Shown here: piece after piece, positions 23,634 to 36,571 of the stretch
Layout of the letters: each line of letters opens with the position of its first letter
Numbering within the stretch: the first letter of the stretch is position 1
From: Podarcis muralis
Lineage: Eukaryota
DNA: 64,000 bases
Direction of reading: 5' to 3'
Assembly (NCBI RefSeq): GCF_964188315.1
Contig: NC_135659.1
Coordinates: 13,020,001 to 13,084,000 of the forward strand
Program-made: the position numbers and the translations under genes
Notes under the pieces: generated by a model
The model's input: only the letters and a program-made list of their open reading frames with translations
Told to the model about the DNA's origin: nothing
Databases searched by the model: none

Positions 23634-23819
23634 CTTTACACAAAGGGGTGGGTGCAGACCAGTTTCCAGAATTGGTGCACAATACGGGTTCCAGTCCAGT
23701 GGATTTGTAGCCTTCGGTGCATTGAACATGACAAGACGAGTTGTAGCTAAAATCCTTCACTGGGTGGCTGCATTCTAAGGTACCATGATCTGGTTTTTTC
23801 AGTGTGTCACAGGTAATTA
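23634..23819 (-). CDS. SELE: E-selectin SCR 1
   Basis: VITCDTLKKPDHGTLECSH...GNWSAPTPLCK; 186 bp. Confidence 0.95.
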
Positions 23820-23944
23820 CTATAGAGAAGGAACACAACAAGCAAGGAGTTAGGCAAGGCCGTTGTTTCAAGCAACGTGCATTAAAGCTACAGGGTTAGA
23901 GATGAATTGTCCAGTTTGAAAAAGAACTATACGATTAATCCTAC

Positions 23945-24052
23945 CATGTTCACAATTGCGCCCGTAGAATCCTGTATCACACTGGCAGGTGTAATTATTA
24001 ATAGTCTCCACACATTTGCCATGGCCGCTGCAGGAATGCGGATTACAGGAGG
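23945..24052 (-). CDS. SELE: E-selectin EGF exon
   Basis: (A)[35 protein letters not shown]; 108 bp, six Cys, AG/GT. Confidence 0.95.
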
Positions 24053-24692
24053 CTGCAAGACAATTAACAGGCTATAAATCACCCTATCGTATGTAACATG
24101 CTTTAAATGAACTATTACAAGAAGTGAGTGGAACAGGCTCTTGGCCCTGAAGACATTGATGCATTAAACCACTTTGAGTTTAATATCGCACCATATGTAG
24201 GCCACATCCTCAGGCTTCCCATCCTCTTTCTTGGCCTCATGCCCTTTGGGTGCTGCCCATCTTTTTCTGCTCTGTGGGTCCAAGGGGGAACATGTTCCAC
24301 AAGGCAGCAAAGAACAGAGAAATCCACAAATTGGAGTTACTGGAGGGTTCTCCATTCTCTTCCTTTTATGCAAAAGTTTTATTTTCACCAGTATTTGATA
24401 TGGTTTCACTATAGAGCACTGCACCACTGCATAACACTTGGCTATCACAAGGTGTCATCGGCACAGTTGTCCTGTGCTTATTTTCCCAGCTTAGGCCACT
24501 TCCACACTGTTGCTGTTTTGCAGATGGGATTCAATCGCACACCGGCAAAATCAGATGGATATATCCAAAATTGAGGTGGATGTATATGCTCTTGTGCAGC
24601 AAACCTGCTCCCACCACCCAAGATAAAAATAAACGTCATACTTTTTGCAATAAGGGAATTAACAGCTGTGTGGGATTAACAGCTGTTAAGAC

Positions 24693-24813
24693 TAAGGTTA
24701 CCAGATTTTTTTCAATGAATCCGGGGACACTTTTCAACTTCAATGGATTTTGTATGGGGACTGATTTGAAAATCCGGGGACTGTCCCCGGGAAACGGGGA
24801 AATCTGGTAACCT
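24693..24813. mobile_element. Small MITE
   Basis: TIR AGGTTACCAGAT...ATCTGGTAACCT. Confidence 0.7.
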
Positions 24814-25558
24814 TAGTTAAGACCTCCTTGTGAACAAATCAGAACAAGGAACAGCTGACTTTGCACAACCCCCTTACAAACTTTGTGCAAATGAGTAAAA
24901 TGGACAGCTTAACTAACTGGCCCTCTTGAAGTGATCTCAGGCTTACAGACACCAGCAACAGTTTAAGCAAGAAACATACTACTATTTTTTATTACTTTAT
25001 CAGTTTATTAGTTTATTGATAAACAAACTGAAACACTCTACTGACGATCAAAATGCGTTTACTGACATTCTGTCCCTAACCCATATTACATTTACACCCC
25101 ATAGACAAGTAGTATTATTATAGTACTGATATTGAAGAGTGAATAGACTGAATAGAGAACAGTGAAACTGTGGTGCAAGCCTGCGACTATTTAGGGTTCA
25201 TCCCTCTTTATCATTGAATCAGAGCAAATATCAGCTGGGTTTCCCAGCGACTGACGTTTACTCCAATCAGCTGTAAAGTGCGTTTTCCTGGGGAAAGCAG
25301 TGATGCAAACGGAAAACCTCTTGGACTCGGGCCTAGAAAGAACGGGACAAGCAGGAAACCACTCAGACCCATGCAATCAGGGCACAGAACAAGTGAAGTA
25401 AATTTTAAAAAGTGTGGACGATCCCTGAACATTCAGCAGTCTGCATGCCACAAAATACAAGAAGATGCTCTCTTGCACAGAAGCTAGTAGGATCTGCCAA
25501 ACAAGTTTCTAGCTGTTTTAGAGGCAAATATATTAGTCAGAAGGATCCCATCCCATAC

Positions 25559-25945
25559 CTGTATAGCACAAAGCCCTTTTCTTATTGCTGCAACGTTCAT
25601 CATTCCACTTTCCTGCATCTTGTATTCGGTTGATGTAGATTTCCACGCAGTCCTGGTTTTTCCCTTTGTTGTTTGGTTCACCTTTTGCCCAGTTTTTAGC
25701 TTCTTGAGTCAATGCCTTGTTCGTTCCCACCCACCTCCACACATTGCCAATTTTTCTGATCCCAATCCAGTAGTACGATCCATTATAAGGGATCTCTTTG
25801 TTTAAGTACTCGTTTTCCTCCTTATTTTGAATTGCAACCAGGTGGGTAAAGTGGGTTTTACACCATTTCTCTGCTTCTGTATAATTCATGGTTTCAAGTG
25901 AATAATGATATGTCCAGCAGGTGCTTTCCTTAAGCAACAAAAGTC
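25559..25945 (-). CDS. SELE: E-selectin C-type lectin exon
   Basis: WTYHYS...[10 protein letters not shown]...YYWIGIRK...[12 protein letters not shown]...DCVEIYINR...[16 protein letters not shown]; the CVEIYI.R..D.G.WNDERC pattern is E-selectin-like; 387 bp. Confidence 0.96.
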
Positions 25946-26850
25946 CTGGAAAAAAGGACACGTCATCAAGTTGCTATGTATGTCTATTTTTTAAGAAAAT
26001 GTTGCTCAGAGAGCTCTCCAAGCCTTGAGGGTTCAGAAACAAGGTTTATGCTGGAGTAAGAAGACAAAATAGACAGATGGCCAAATCAAGGGGTAAACAG
26101 TGGAAGGAGCAGCATCCTGGCTCTAAAAGTGGTGAACAACCATGTCATTCCCAGTGATGGACCTGAGACGCAGAAATAGAAGCTTGAGGCCCTTTGGGAG
26201 TAAAGAGCCTACTTGTGAACAAGGGGAAATTCATAGCTATGAAGATGGGTGGTGGAGGAAAGCAAATGAGCTTGGAGACTGGCCTATAAGTGCCAAGAAA
26301 ACCAGTGAGCAGTCAAGGAGGAAAGGTCTCCTGAACTCTCTAGGCTAGAGAAGACAAAGAGAAGAAATAACATGACTTTGGACAACTGGTCAGAGAAGTC
26401 AAGAAGGAGAGGCTACACTCTGTATTCATTTTTTAATCAAAATATGACTTCTGTCCATTTCTGACTTTTCAGTATACTTTTTTAAAATGTCTGCAGAATA
26501 AGGCTGCCGCTTATAGAGGAAAGAAAAATCAAACAAAGAATGTTGATTTCTGAATTATTCCCCCCCCCCCCGTATAATAATTTTTATTAATTTCCATTTA
26601 TAAAATCCAATAAAAGTCACATTAATACAATACCAAATTACAATACAATTAAAAGAGCCAATTATTCAGTACCAAATTAAACTATTTTGTTTGACTTCCC
26701 GTGCTCTAGTTTTTCCTGAATTATTCTAGAGCAGGACTGGGGAAAAGGTAAATGGAAATAGCTCTCTGGTTCATTAAATTGGCAAGCTTTCTAACACAAG
26801 CAACAGCAAAATGACTTTCCCCATCTAAGCCCCGTTCCGCACCCTATGCG

Positions 26851-27437
26851 TGTGGGATGCCTTTGCTTGGTGGTGCTGTGGCCCGTAGACTGAAGCAAAA
26901 TACTGGGCAAGGGTTAGAGCCTTCACTGAGCAATTTTGGGTCACTGGTTGACAGGGCCAGAAAGGAATTTTTCTCTGTCAATCTGATTGGCACTCGGTTG
27001 GTTTTTTCCACCTTTCCTTCAGTGAAATTGTGGCCTTCGTTAGGCAGAAGAACGTTGTTTATAAGAAGGCGGAAATGGCACTGGACAGGATCAACATAGT
27101 AGGGATTGGGACTAAGGGGAGGATTGACCACAGCAAACCCAAGCTTGGGTTGGGTTTCTGCCTGGTTGGAATCTGCAGCCTGGTCACCCATTGAGACCTT
27201 GCTTGCTTGGCTTACACCATGACAAGGTTCAACACATGGCTGACTACCGTAGGACAGGTTTGGAGCGGTCCAAACCTGGCGGATCTTTCCCATCAATATG
27301 GGGGAAGGATGAACTAATCCTGGGACCCAATGCCATGCCAACCCTTGCCCTGCCTGCTGCTGTCAATAAAGATATGGCCTGATTTCAACCCATCAGCATT
27401 GTACAGTCTGGTTATTTTGCTGCTCTCATGGGGCACA
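26851..27437 (+). mobile_element. Possible solo LTR antisense in SELE intron 2
   Basis: Starts TGT, has CAATAAAGATATGGCC (27365-27370, similar to the 5.5-kb element), ends ...GGGCACA. No TSD found. Confidence 0.35.
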
Positions 27438-27619
27438 TAATGTGCCTGCCTGGGCAAATAAGGCAGCGAAATCAGAGTGAGCTGAATAATTCACCCAATA
27501 ATTGTAGGCTGCAAACAATTCCGTTTGGGGCTCTATTAAAAACCAAAGGAGTTCCCAGAAAGCTGAACTGCACCCGTCCCTTTTCTAGAGTATTTCCCAT
27601 TCTGAAAGACATTACTTAC

Positions 27620-27656
27620 CATAGGTGAGAGCAGATAGGAACCAAAGGGCGTTCAT
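27620..27656 (-). CDS. SELE: E-selectin start/signal-peptide exon (exon spans 27620-27671)
   Basis: MNALWFLSALTY(G), compared with human MIASQFLSALTL; 37 coding bp, GTAAGT donor, TATAG acceptor. The summed CDS is 1830 nt = 609 aa + stop. Confidence 0.92.
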
Positions 27657-28249
27657 TATGGCAGGAACTGACTATAAAGCTTTTTTTCTCCCTCCCTTGA
27701 GTTGACTTTGCAGAATTATTACTGTATAAAGAAAAAAAGGAAGCGCAGCACATTTATGGTAAGGAATGGGTTTTAAAGCAGAGGAAAAATATATTGAGGT
27801 TGAACACTGGTACATGGTTTTAGGCTGTGAGGTTTGATGTACTTTTCTGAGACTACAATCCTATGTATCCATAATTACTTGGTAGTTATTGAATTAAGGG
27901 CTCGCCCACACTTCAACACAGAAAACACAGGCTTGAGTGGTTTTCCCCTTGCCCCTCTCCTTTCCCAGGGAAAAACCTGCTTTTCAGCTTTAAATTGAAT
28001 AGATGAAAATCCTGAGAGCAGCAGGACAAGAGGAAATCTGGCTAAGCCCCGTGGAGATGGGCATAGGAGGATTACACCGCAAATAACATAATGAATGTAC
28101 CTAACAATGAACAATGAACACTTGACAGTTAATCTCTTCTTAGCAGTTAGGATAGTACATGCTCAATACTGGAAAAATGGGCAATCCCAGCTATTACAGA
28201 ATGGGTATTGGAAAGAGGCACACATGAACACAGTAACAGGTTCTTAGAA

Positions 28250-28434
28250 ATAAAAATAAAAAAAATAAAAAATTGTCCAGTAGCACTTTATAGACCAACT
28301 AAGTTTGTTCTGGTATAAGCTTTTGTGTGCATGCTTATACCAGAACAAACTGAGTTGGTCTATAAGGTGCTACTGGACAATTTTTTATTTTTATTTCGAC
28401 TGCATCAGACCAACACAGCTACCTACCTGAATCT
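28250..28434. mobile_element. Palindromic Penelope-like (PLE) pseudo-LTR insertion with ribozyme core deleted
   Basis: Inverted arms GTCCAGTAGCACTTTATAGACCAACT...; TSD AGGTTCTTAGAA at 28238-28249 and 28435-28446. Confidence 0.82.
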
Positions 28435-28632
28435 AGGTTCTTAGAAGAAATGGACAAATCACACACATGGAATTCTTTTCCAAGTGGTATTGTTTCATTA
28501 TGGGCAAGAATCATCATTTTGAGTTTGGCACCTTATGCATTTTTCAGCAATGGTACAATACATACATGCCTTACTATCTGTTTATTAATATGCAATAAAA
28601 ATAAACATGCACATAGAGCCTTGTTTACTTAC

Positions 28633-28770
28633 CAACAATGGCTGCAGAATCCTGATTCTCAGAAGTATGCTGGTGTAGCTGACTTGATGTAGAGCCTGTG
28701 TCTTTGGTGAGGTCAGTATTCTAGGTTTTGGCCGATGACCCGTCTTACAGCTTTCACTTGCTGATACTTA
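28633..28770 (-). other. SELE: Probable SELE non-coding exon 1
   Basis: TTG|GTAAGT donor at 28632; TATA box about 25-30 nt upstream of the inferred start. Confidence 0.55.
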
Positions 28771-28793
28771 ACTGTGAGCCATGAGCCCTGTGT

Positions 28794-28902
28794 CTTTTAT
28801 ACTGTTCCCAGCAAAATGTTACTGAGGAGGCGGGGAGTGAGAATTTCCCTAGGTAGGAAAAAAAATGATTTGCCCGGAATATCCGTGTTTCTAAATTAGT
28901 CA
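28794..28902 (-). promoter_or_regulatory. SELE: SELE proximal promoter: TATA, NF-kB sites, AP-1/ATF-like site
   Basis: TATAAAAG 28801-28794; GGGAAATTCT 28849-28840; GGATATTCCG 28884-28875; TGACTAA 28902-28896. An additional GGGAAATTCA lies at 29083-29092 (+). Confidence 0.8.
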
Positions 28903-29286
28903 GACAGCCTCCCTGCCTCTTCCTTCTCAAAACACTGGTGAGCATCAGTGCTATTTTTTAAATTCCTGGACATAGAAATCAGTCCTAACAGTAAAAAAAA
29001 AAAAAGGCATTCAAGTTTCTTTGCTGCTGTAGCTGCAAATGGAATTGTGTTTGTTTCGTAAGCAAGTTTGTATTCTAAACTAGGGAAATTCACATGGTGG
29101 AATCAAAATCTGCTATTTCAGTGAATCAAATTTACAAATTGTTCTGTGTGTTATTTTCTTCCAAATCCAAATTGTCAAACTTTTTTTTATAAATAGGTTT
29201 CAGAGGGGAAAGGGTTTATGTAGGCTGCTCAGGTTTGGGCTGAGTTATTGTTGTTGTTGTTACATTTGTACACCACTTACATGAAT

Positions 29287-29640
29287 GGGATGCGGGTGGC
29301 ACTGTGGTTTAAACCACAGAGCCTAGGACTTGCCGATCAGAAGGTTGGGGGTTTGAATCCCCGCGACGGGGTGAGCTCCCATTGCTCTGTCCCTGCTCCT
29401 GCCAACCTAGCAGTTTGAAAGCGCGTCAAAGTGCAAGTAGATAAATAGGTACCGCTCTGGCGGGAAGGTAAACAGTGTTTCCGTACGCTGCTCTGGTTCA
29501 CCAGAAACGGCTTAGTCATGCTGGCCACATGACCTAGAAGCTGTACGCCGGCTCCCTCGGCCAATAAAGTGAGATGAGCGCTGCAACCCCAGAGTCGATC
29601 ACGACTGGACCTAATGGTCAAGGGTCCCTTTACCTTTTAC
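29287..29640 (+). mobile_element. Sauria SINE
   Basis: GGGATGCGGGTGGCACTGTGG tRNA head through a TTTACCTTTTAC tail. Confidence 0.92.
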
Positions 29641-30029
29641 TACTTACATGCCCAAATGGCTTCTAAGCAGTTTACAGTTATAAAATTGTAAGAAAGGAAA
29701 ATGTAAATCAACACATGACTACAGTTGGATGATCCAATTCCAGCCTCGGAAAGTGGCACAGGGAGGGAGGGCACATTCGCACGCCCCATACTGCTGCTGC
29801 AACCCTCTCCACCGCTTCTGCCCCGGGGTCAAGTGGAGCCGGCTGGCAACATTGGGCCATTGCGTGAGAAAGCTGCCTCGGCAACTCCCTTGCGCACTTT
29901 AGCCAAGCCCCAAAGGCCCGCAGCTCCATCCTCGATGAGGGAACCTGTCGTGGGGGCACCTGGTTGCATGCCTCCTGAACAAAATTGTCCGGGGCCACAG
30001 CCCTGCCAGACCCCTCTCCCCCTCCACTA

Positions 30030-30128
30030 CGCCATGTTTAGGGAAGCTTTTAATGTTTAATAGGTTATTGTATTTTAGTGTCTTGTCGGAAGCCACCCAG
30101 AGTGGCTGGGGAAACCCATTATTAAATA

Positions 30129-30172
<44 letters not shown>
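30030..30172 (+). mobile_element. L2 3' end with (ATT)n tail
   Basis: GGAAGCCACCCAGAGTGGCTGGGGAAACCC then (ATT) about 14 times. Confidence 0.8.
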
Positions 30173-30174
<2 letters not shown>

Positions 30175-31014
30175 TACGCCACTGCAATTATCTACATAGA
30201 CAAGGCAATGTCTGATAACCCCTAGCCACACCCAAGACTTCAGTAATTGCCAATGTTTTTACATGTTCGGAAGCGAGCCCCCTGCCGCTCCTTTCCTGGC
30301 CATGGAGAAAATCCCTTAATCTGGATTTTTAGATATTTTTTTTGGCAGAGTTACAAAAAGAAAAGCATACAGAAATAAATCGATTTTAGAAAGGGGCAGG
30401 ATTACACAGACACACAAAGCATTTTTTTTTTTTAAATCGAGACACCTTGTGCTCTGCTCCACTCCCCATTTGTTCCCGCCCAGGGCGGCCCTGCCCTCTC
30501 CCTGCCCCTCGGCAGTGGTAGCCTCTCCTGCTCCTTGCCTGCCCCCCAGCAGCCGCTACGAGCTGCCCAATGGAGGAGGCCAGTGGAGGCAGCCACGGGG
30601 AGGCAATGGGATGCTGCCTCACAGCCAGTGTCACTTGGGACAAGCATCTCCTCCCCGAGCTTGGTGGCGGCAGCACTGCTGGAGGAAATAGGGACATTCT
30701 GGGATCAAATCAGAAGCCAGGATGGCTTTTTGTAATTCCAGGACTGTCCCTTGAAAGTCCCAAGCGGGCCTTGGCCAGCAATGAAGGAGGCGATTTTGAA
30801 ATACATTTCTGTGCCAGAAGTAGACCCAGTGTGTAAAGAGCTTCTAAGCTCTCCACCTTGCTTCGACTTAACTTGTGCAATTTCAACCATGGGCAGTTAA
30901 AATCGTGCAAGTTAACTGCATGTAAGATACCATCGTGCTATGTACATGTCTGCATACCCTGTTTAGGGGCCCTATATATACTGAATGCAGGCATCGGGGT
31001 GCCAACTTGAAATA

Positions 31015-31545
31015 ATAATAATAATAATAGTTGCCTTCAGATGTCTTCTAAAAGTCAGGTAGTTGTTTTTCTCTTTGACATCTGGTGGGAGGGATTTCCA
31101 CAGGGTGGGTGCCACTACCGAGAAGGCCCTCTGCCTGGTTCCCTGTAACTTGGCTTCTCGCAGCGAGGGAACCGCCAGAAGGCCCTTGGAGCTGGACCTC
31201 AGTGTCTGGGTTAAATGATGGGGGTGGAGATGCTCCTTCAGGTATACTGGGCTGAGGCTTTTTAGGGCTTTAAAGGTCAGCACCAACACTTTGAATTGTG
31301 CTCAGAAACGTACTGGGAGCCAATGTAGGTCTTCCAGGACCGGTGTTATGTGATCTTGGCGGCCGCTCCCAGTCACCAGTCTAGCTGCCGCATTCTGGAT
31401 TAGTTGTAGTTTCCAGGTCACCTTCAAAGGTAGCCCCACATAGAGCGCATTGCAGTAGTCCAAGCAAGAGATAACTAGAGCATGCACCACTCTGGCGAGG
31501 CAGTCTGTGGGCAGGTAGGGTCTCAGCCTGCGTACCAGATAAAGC
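31015..31545 (-). mobile_element. L2 LINE 3' fragment
   Basis: ORF-track peptides MVHALVISCLDYCNALYVGLPLK...QNAAARLVTG and LQGTRQRAFSVVAPTLW. Confidence 0.9.
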
Positions 31546-33873
31546 TGTGTTCTGCATACACAGAATTGACCTGCACCTCCATGGCAGCTGTGAGTACAAA
31601 ATGACTCCCAGGCTGCGCACCTGTATTAGAGGGGCCCAGATATACCCCACCCTGTACAATCAATCACAAGACGTGGCACACATACACACACACCATTTGA
31701 ATAACAATGTCCATCAACTTTGGAGGGGCCCAGCCCCCTCAAATATTTTATTGTTGGGGGGCCAAAGGGACCTTGGCCCCTAGAAGTTTGTTCCTGTGGT
31801 AGGCATCATTTCTATAGGAATACCAATATAAGTTTCTGTTTGTAGTTTGCAATTGGAAATCATGTAGCATAATAATCTTCGACATGTTTCATGTTTAAAG
31901 ATGCAACCCTTTTCAATCATACCCCCCCAAATTTGAAAATTCATTTGTGATTTGAAATGTGCGCTTTATTATGATTTGATATTTTCCCCTTACTGGATTT
32001 TATGAGCTTCCTACTAGGCATCACTAACACTGAAACCTACTTTTATTGACTGAAGTTTTTTAAATGCCATGTTGGAACTTTACTGGAATAATACATCATT
32101 AGTAAAGTTCCAGAAAGGAAGGAAACTCCACCAGGTTGTAAGCTTCTTGGTTATGAAATACCTTTCCTGTCCAGTGTCCAAACAAGACTTTACATCTGAT
32201 GATAATCAGGAAAAAGGTCACTGTAAAACTTCCAACAAGTTGCTTGTTTTGGCTGCTTACCCAGCTTCACTGGAAAGTGGGTAATTAAGATTATTAGCAA
32301 TAATCTTATTGTTCAGATCTAATCCTTTCCCTCAAACCCTTTTTCTCCCCTATGATATTTTCCTTCTCTCTTTCATTCCTTTTTCTTTTTGTGTTGCGTA
32401 TTTTAGATTGTAAGCAGGGACTTTCCACTGATATTTCTTTGAAAGTCGCTCTCAGTCTTTGGTAGGGGCATGTTGAGGGAGGAGTGTTAGAGGAGCATTG
32501 CTGTGTGATTGTTTTAAAATATAGTACGTATATTTCTACAAAAAAAAAAGCATTTGCAGAAATTGTTTTATATAGTATTAGCGGGGGCGGATTTGGGTAA
32601 TATGGTGCTGTGAGTGAGGACAAAATCTTGCACACATGCATACCAACATAAAACATAACGTAACAACATAACATAACAACAATATAAGCCCTACATGTGA
32701 GTTCTTTTGGAGAGAAGGAAGTAGGGTTGTCATAGGCCCAGTAAAACCCAGACATGTTCTCCTTTTGGGGGCCAACATGCCCATCTGGGATGGCAGCGGC
32801 TCGTGATGCCCTCTTTTGTGATCTTCAAGATAGGGCAACCCTAGAAGGGAGACCATCAAGGGGCAGGTTTGGCGGGGGGGGGGGGGAGTATGCACAGACC
32901 AAAGGATCTACTAGGACTTTATTTACACCATTTTTCCCTAAAATGACTGTTGAAGTCATTTTGGTAGGGAGAAAAAAACCTACTTTTCAGAAAAGTATGT
33001 CATTCTTTCTTATGATTTAGGTATGGGCTCAAATATATATCCTGAAGACCCAGAAACAAAACTTTTCCTGATCTGAACAAAGCTCAGAAACATGGAGAAA
33101 TAAAACAGAAATGTTTACCGTTTCGAGGTAGAAATGATTAGCAATGGAAAAGTGGGAAGAGGTGGCAGCAGCCAACATAAGATGTTTCCTGTTTTGTGGC
33201 GCTTGTATGAGAGAGTGTTGCTTTAATCTTTTGGTATTAAGTTAAATGACTCCTTTGTGTGTAGAAAAGAAGAATTGAAATCTATGTTTGGCACGACATT
33301 TCTACGAGGAAAAAGTCCTTTGGGTATGGAAATAAGAAGATGCTGAAACATCTTTTTGTTCTTGCCCGGGTTTTACGTTTAGTGGAAAGTGAGGAAGCCC
33401 TGGATCCTGCCAGCCCCAAGAGGCTGGGAAATTTTGTTTCTTTGACTCAAGTCTCCAATCTGTCTGGCACTCTCTATTGTCAGAACTTGGAATTCTGTGC
33501 TTGAATCATACAGGCTGCCTCATTCAGTTCGAGGGAAAGAACAATGTTTTTTGATATGGCTGGAGACACACTGATTTGAAAGAAGTGTCACTTCCTGTGC
33601 TGTATCTACACACTTTCTTCTTGTCTCTCTGTTGCCTCTGCTCACATAGGTTTGAAACAATACAAAATGTGTTTACATGAGGCAAGTGGAAGAAATGTGT
33701 TCACACAGCACGAGCAGCTAGCTCTCTTTAATACCTTTTGTTTGAATACGGATGCAAGAGAACTCAAAACTTAGGCCAACGAGACAGAATTTTACTTTTC
33801 AACAGAAACAACAATTACAATCATAAAGCTGTCCTTCTGTCCCTTCCTAAATGGGAGTAAGCAAGCCACATTG

Positions 33874-33923
33874 AACTTGATGCAACTTTGATGCAACTTT
33901 GATGAACTCGATGCAACTTTGAG
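33874..33923. repeat. 11-bp tandem repeat (TGATGCAACTT), about 4 copies
   Basis: AACTTGATGCAACTTTGATGCAACTTTGATGAACTCGATGCAACTTTGA. Confidence 0.85.
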
Positions 33924-36537
33924 CAGACCTGGACTCAAATCATAAATGGTATTTTGATGCAGGGTGGCATCAAAGCACATCTTACCACAGATTTTTTCAC
34001 ATGCTCAGTACCAATAAGTACTGAATATCTGAATAGAACTGTAGAGGAAGGAATAAATGAGAGTGTCAAATATAGAGGAAGGGAATCCAGGGCTCAGGAC
34101 AAACATATCTGGACTCATCACCAATTGCAAACAGCATAATGTTACTTCCAAAGGGTGGTCCAAAAGTTGCACACTGTACAGTTTTTTTAAATTGTGGAAC
34201 AGCATTTCATACTTCTACCCTACAGTATACAACTGCACTATAAAAAGTGGGCCATCACTCTGCAGAAATAAATCTCAACAACGACAAAAACGGCACCAGT
34301 GGAGATCTTTTGCTACAAGGGCTATAAACCTGCACTGCTGCAGACAATGGTGTGCAGCACTTCCTTACAATGTTTACATTCACATGTCTAAAATGTGTTT
34401 AATGATATTTCAAGATAAACCCAAGGCCACAAATCCATTGTTTGAATCCCAGTTCTTCAAAGTTATTGGTAAGTGTTGCAAAGGGTCCAGTAAATACTTG
34501 AAAGGGTATTTAGTTGTGCTTCGTTTATGACTGTAAATGCTAAGCCAGCATTCTTACTCTGCTTCTGTGGCAGATTCCAGAAAGGCATCATTTTTAAAGT
34601 TTAAATTGTACGTCAGATTTATACATAAATATATATTTGCACTAATGTATTGTTTTGGTCAGACTGGATCAAACCACGACTTGCCCCCCAGGCACTGATT
34701 TTTCAAAGCTTGTCCATTGTGGAGAAGAGCTTGAAAAGAAAAATACCCAATTATCATTTTTTAACTGTTGTCAATGGCCTATTTGAAATATTAACCCCCC
34801 ATATATATGGAAGTGTTCTAAATATTGGCGCACTGCTCAAACACATATGATGGAATTCCTCCTTTTTGAAGTGTCTTGTCTACCAGGTGTAAAGAGGAAT
34901 CCCCCCCCCCTCATCTTAGCTGCCCAGTTTCCCCCCAGGTCTAAGTAGGCCACCTCTGATGTATTTATGGGAAGTGCTGAGAAAGTGCTAATATCTCATT
35001 TCCACACAACCCCATACCAATTTACTTCCAAGGATACTGTCGAGGCCTATGGCTACACCTGACTGATGGATTCTCTTCTGCCTGTCAACCCCTCCTCCTT
35101 TGACCTTACAAGATAAAAGATGGGCCTTTCCCTATGTATTTTTTTTAAAAATAATCCTTTTTATCAGCTTTGTCATTGGATGATGCATGTATTTTGCACA
35201 TAAGATTTTGAATCTCTCTGCAAGAGTGTCTAGTACAGGTTATCTAAGCAAGTAAACTATTGGATTTCTTTTTCATTTATACCCACCTTTCTCTCTCATC
35301 CCTTTTTCTTAACAATAATAACACTTATTAATTGGAATCTGGATTTTGAGTGTATAAAAACAAATAGGCTTCCTTACATCACAAAGAAAAAGTTCCAGGT
35401 GCCCCACCCTTTTTCACTGGAAGTCCCACCTTCTATATGAATTTTATATCAAAGAACATACGTTTAAGGAAATTCTTATATTAATTTTCTAAAAGTTAGT
35501 TCTAGGGTATTGTGCAGCCTATATACATAGTTGGAGATTTTGAGTCCCTCCGACCAACGGTGTGGCTCCAAGAGGGCCCTGGTGCCAGAAATGTTTGTTT
35601 TGGGAGTGTAAGCTTGTCCTCTCAGCCCCAGATTCTAAGGAATGTGTTTTATTATTATTAATTAAATTTCTATACCGCCCTGCATCTGAAGATCAGTGTG
35701 GTTTACAATATAAAAAGTCCTTATTGTACTCCTTGTCCTTTCGCTGCAGCCTCTGCTGTTGTAACCCCTAGGATGAAAGGACTCACATTTAAAATTTCCC
35801 ATGGTGTTTAGTTATGTTAGTGGCCCCTGCCTCTTGCCCAAGCCAATAGGAATATGAGGATAAGCACTTCACATTATGCTCATGTGTTCGCGATGTACCT
35901 TTTTCAAACTAACAAACCAGTGTGACTGCCCCCCTCCCTTGAGGAATGGGGGGGCATTTTTATTTTGTGCGCGGTCTGAAAACTGCAGGTAGTGCAGAAG
36001 GCTGTGGCACAATTATTGGCAGACATGAGACCCCCTTCAGTATGTAACACCGCTAGTCAGACTCCCACTGTTTGCCAGTTTGCTACTGGGCCAAGTTCAA
36101 GGTGCTACTATTATTAGCATACAAAGCCCTTAACGACTTCAGTGCACCCATCTCCCGCATATGTGCAAAACAGGAGAAGTTCAGAATCCTATATGACTGA
36201 CTTTCCCCCATGCCAGCTCTTCCCACCCAAGACAAAACATAAAAGTAGCTAGTTTTGAACATACTTATTTCTCTATGTTCACTGCCTGGGGAAAGTGCAA
36301 CATCTCCCTGTCTTGATGTAAAGACGGATGTTTTGCTGGTATGTGAGTTACTGAAACTAACTTTAGAATCTAGATCAAGGATTACTTAAGTTTCCTTGGT
36401 TATCTTTTTTCTTTTTAATGCAACTTACCATTTCTCTGCATTTGTCTGGAGTCTTTAAAAAAAATGCTGGTGGTGACTGACAGGCTTGAAAAGTGCAATG
36501 CAGCCCTGTAGCTCTGAACGAAGCTTCTTGGACTTCA

Positions 36538-36571
36538 ACACTTGATCTTAGCCAAAAGGCCGAGAAGCGAT
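36538..36571 (-). pseudogene. 3'-truncated U2 snRNA retrocopy (nt 1-34)
   Basis: The minus strand reads ATCGCTTCTCGGCCTTTTGGCTAAGATCAAGTGT, the U2 5' end; 16-bp TSD AGCTTCTTGGACTTCA at 36522-36537 and 36574-36589. Confidence 0.93.

Noticed and set aside
24128-24574. 148-aa plus-strand ORF in a SELE intron
   Set aside because: No recognisable domain, GTG start and no splice context.
29899-30231. Poly-Asn/Leu/Ile ORFs (also at 1811, 44147, 50539 and 50553)
   Set aside because: Translations of (ATT)n L2 tails.
34057-34530. 157-aa ORF upstream of SELE
   Set aside because: No homology; partly overlaps what looks like an old DNA-transposon end.
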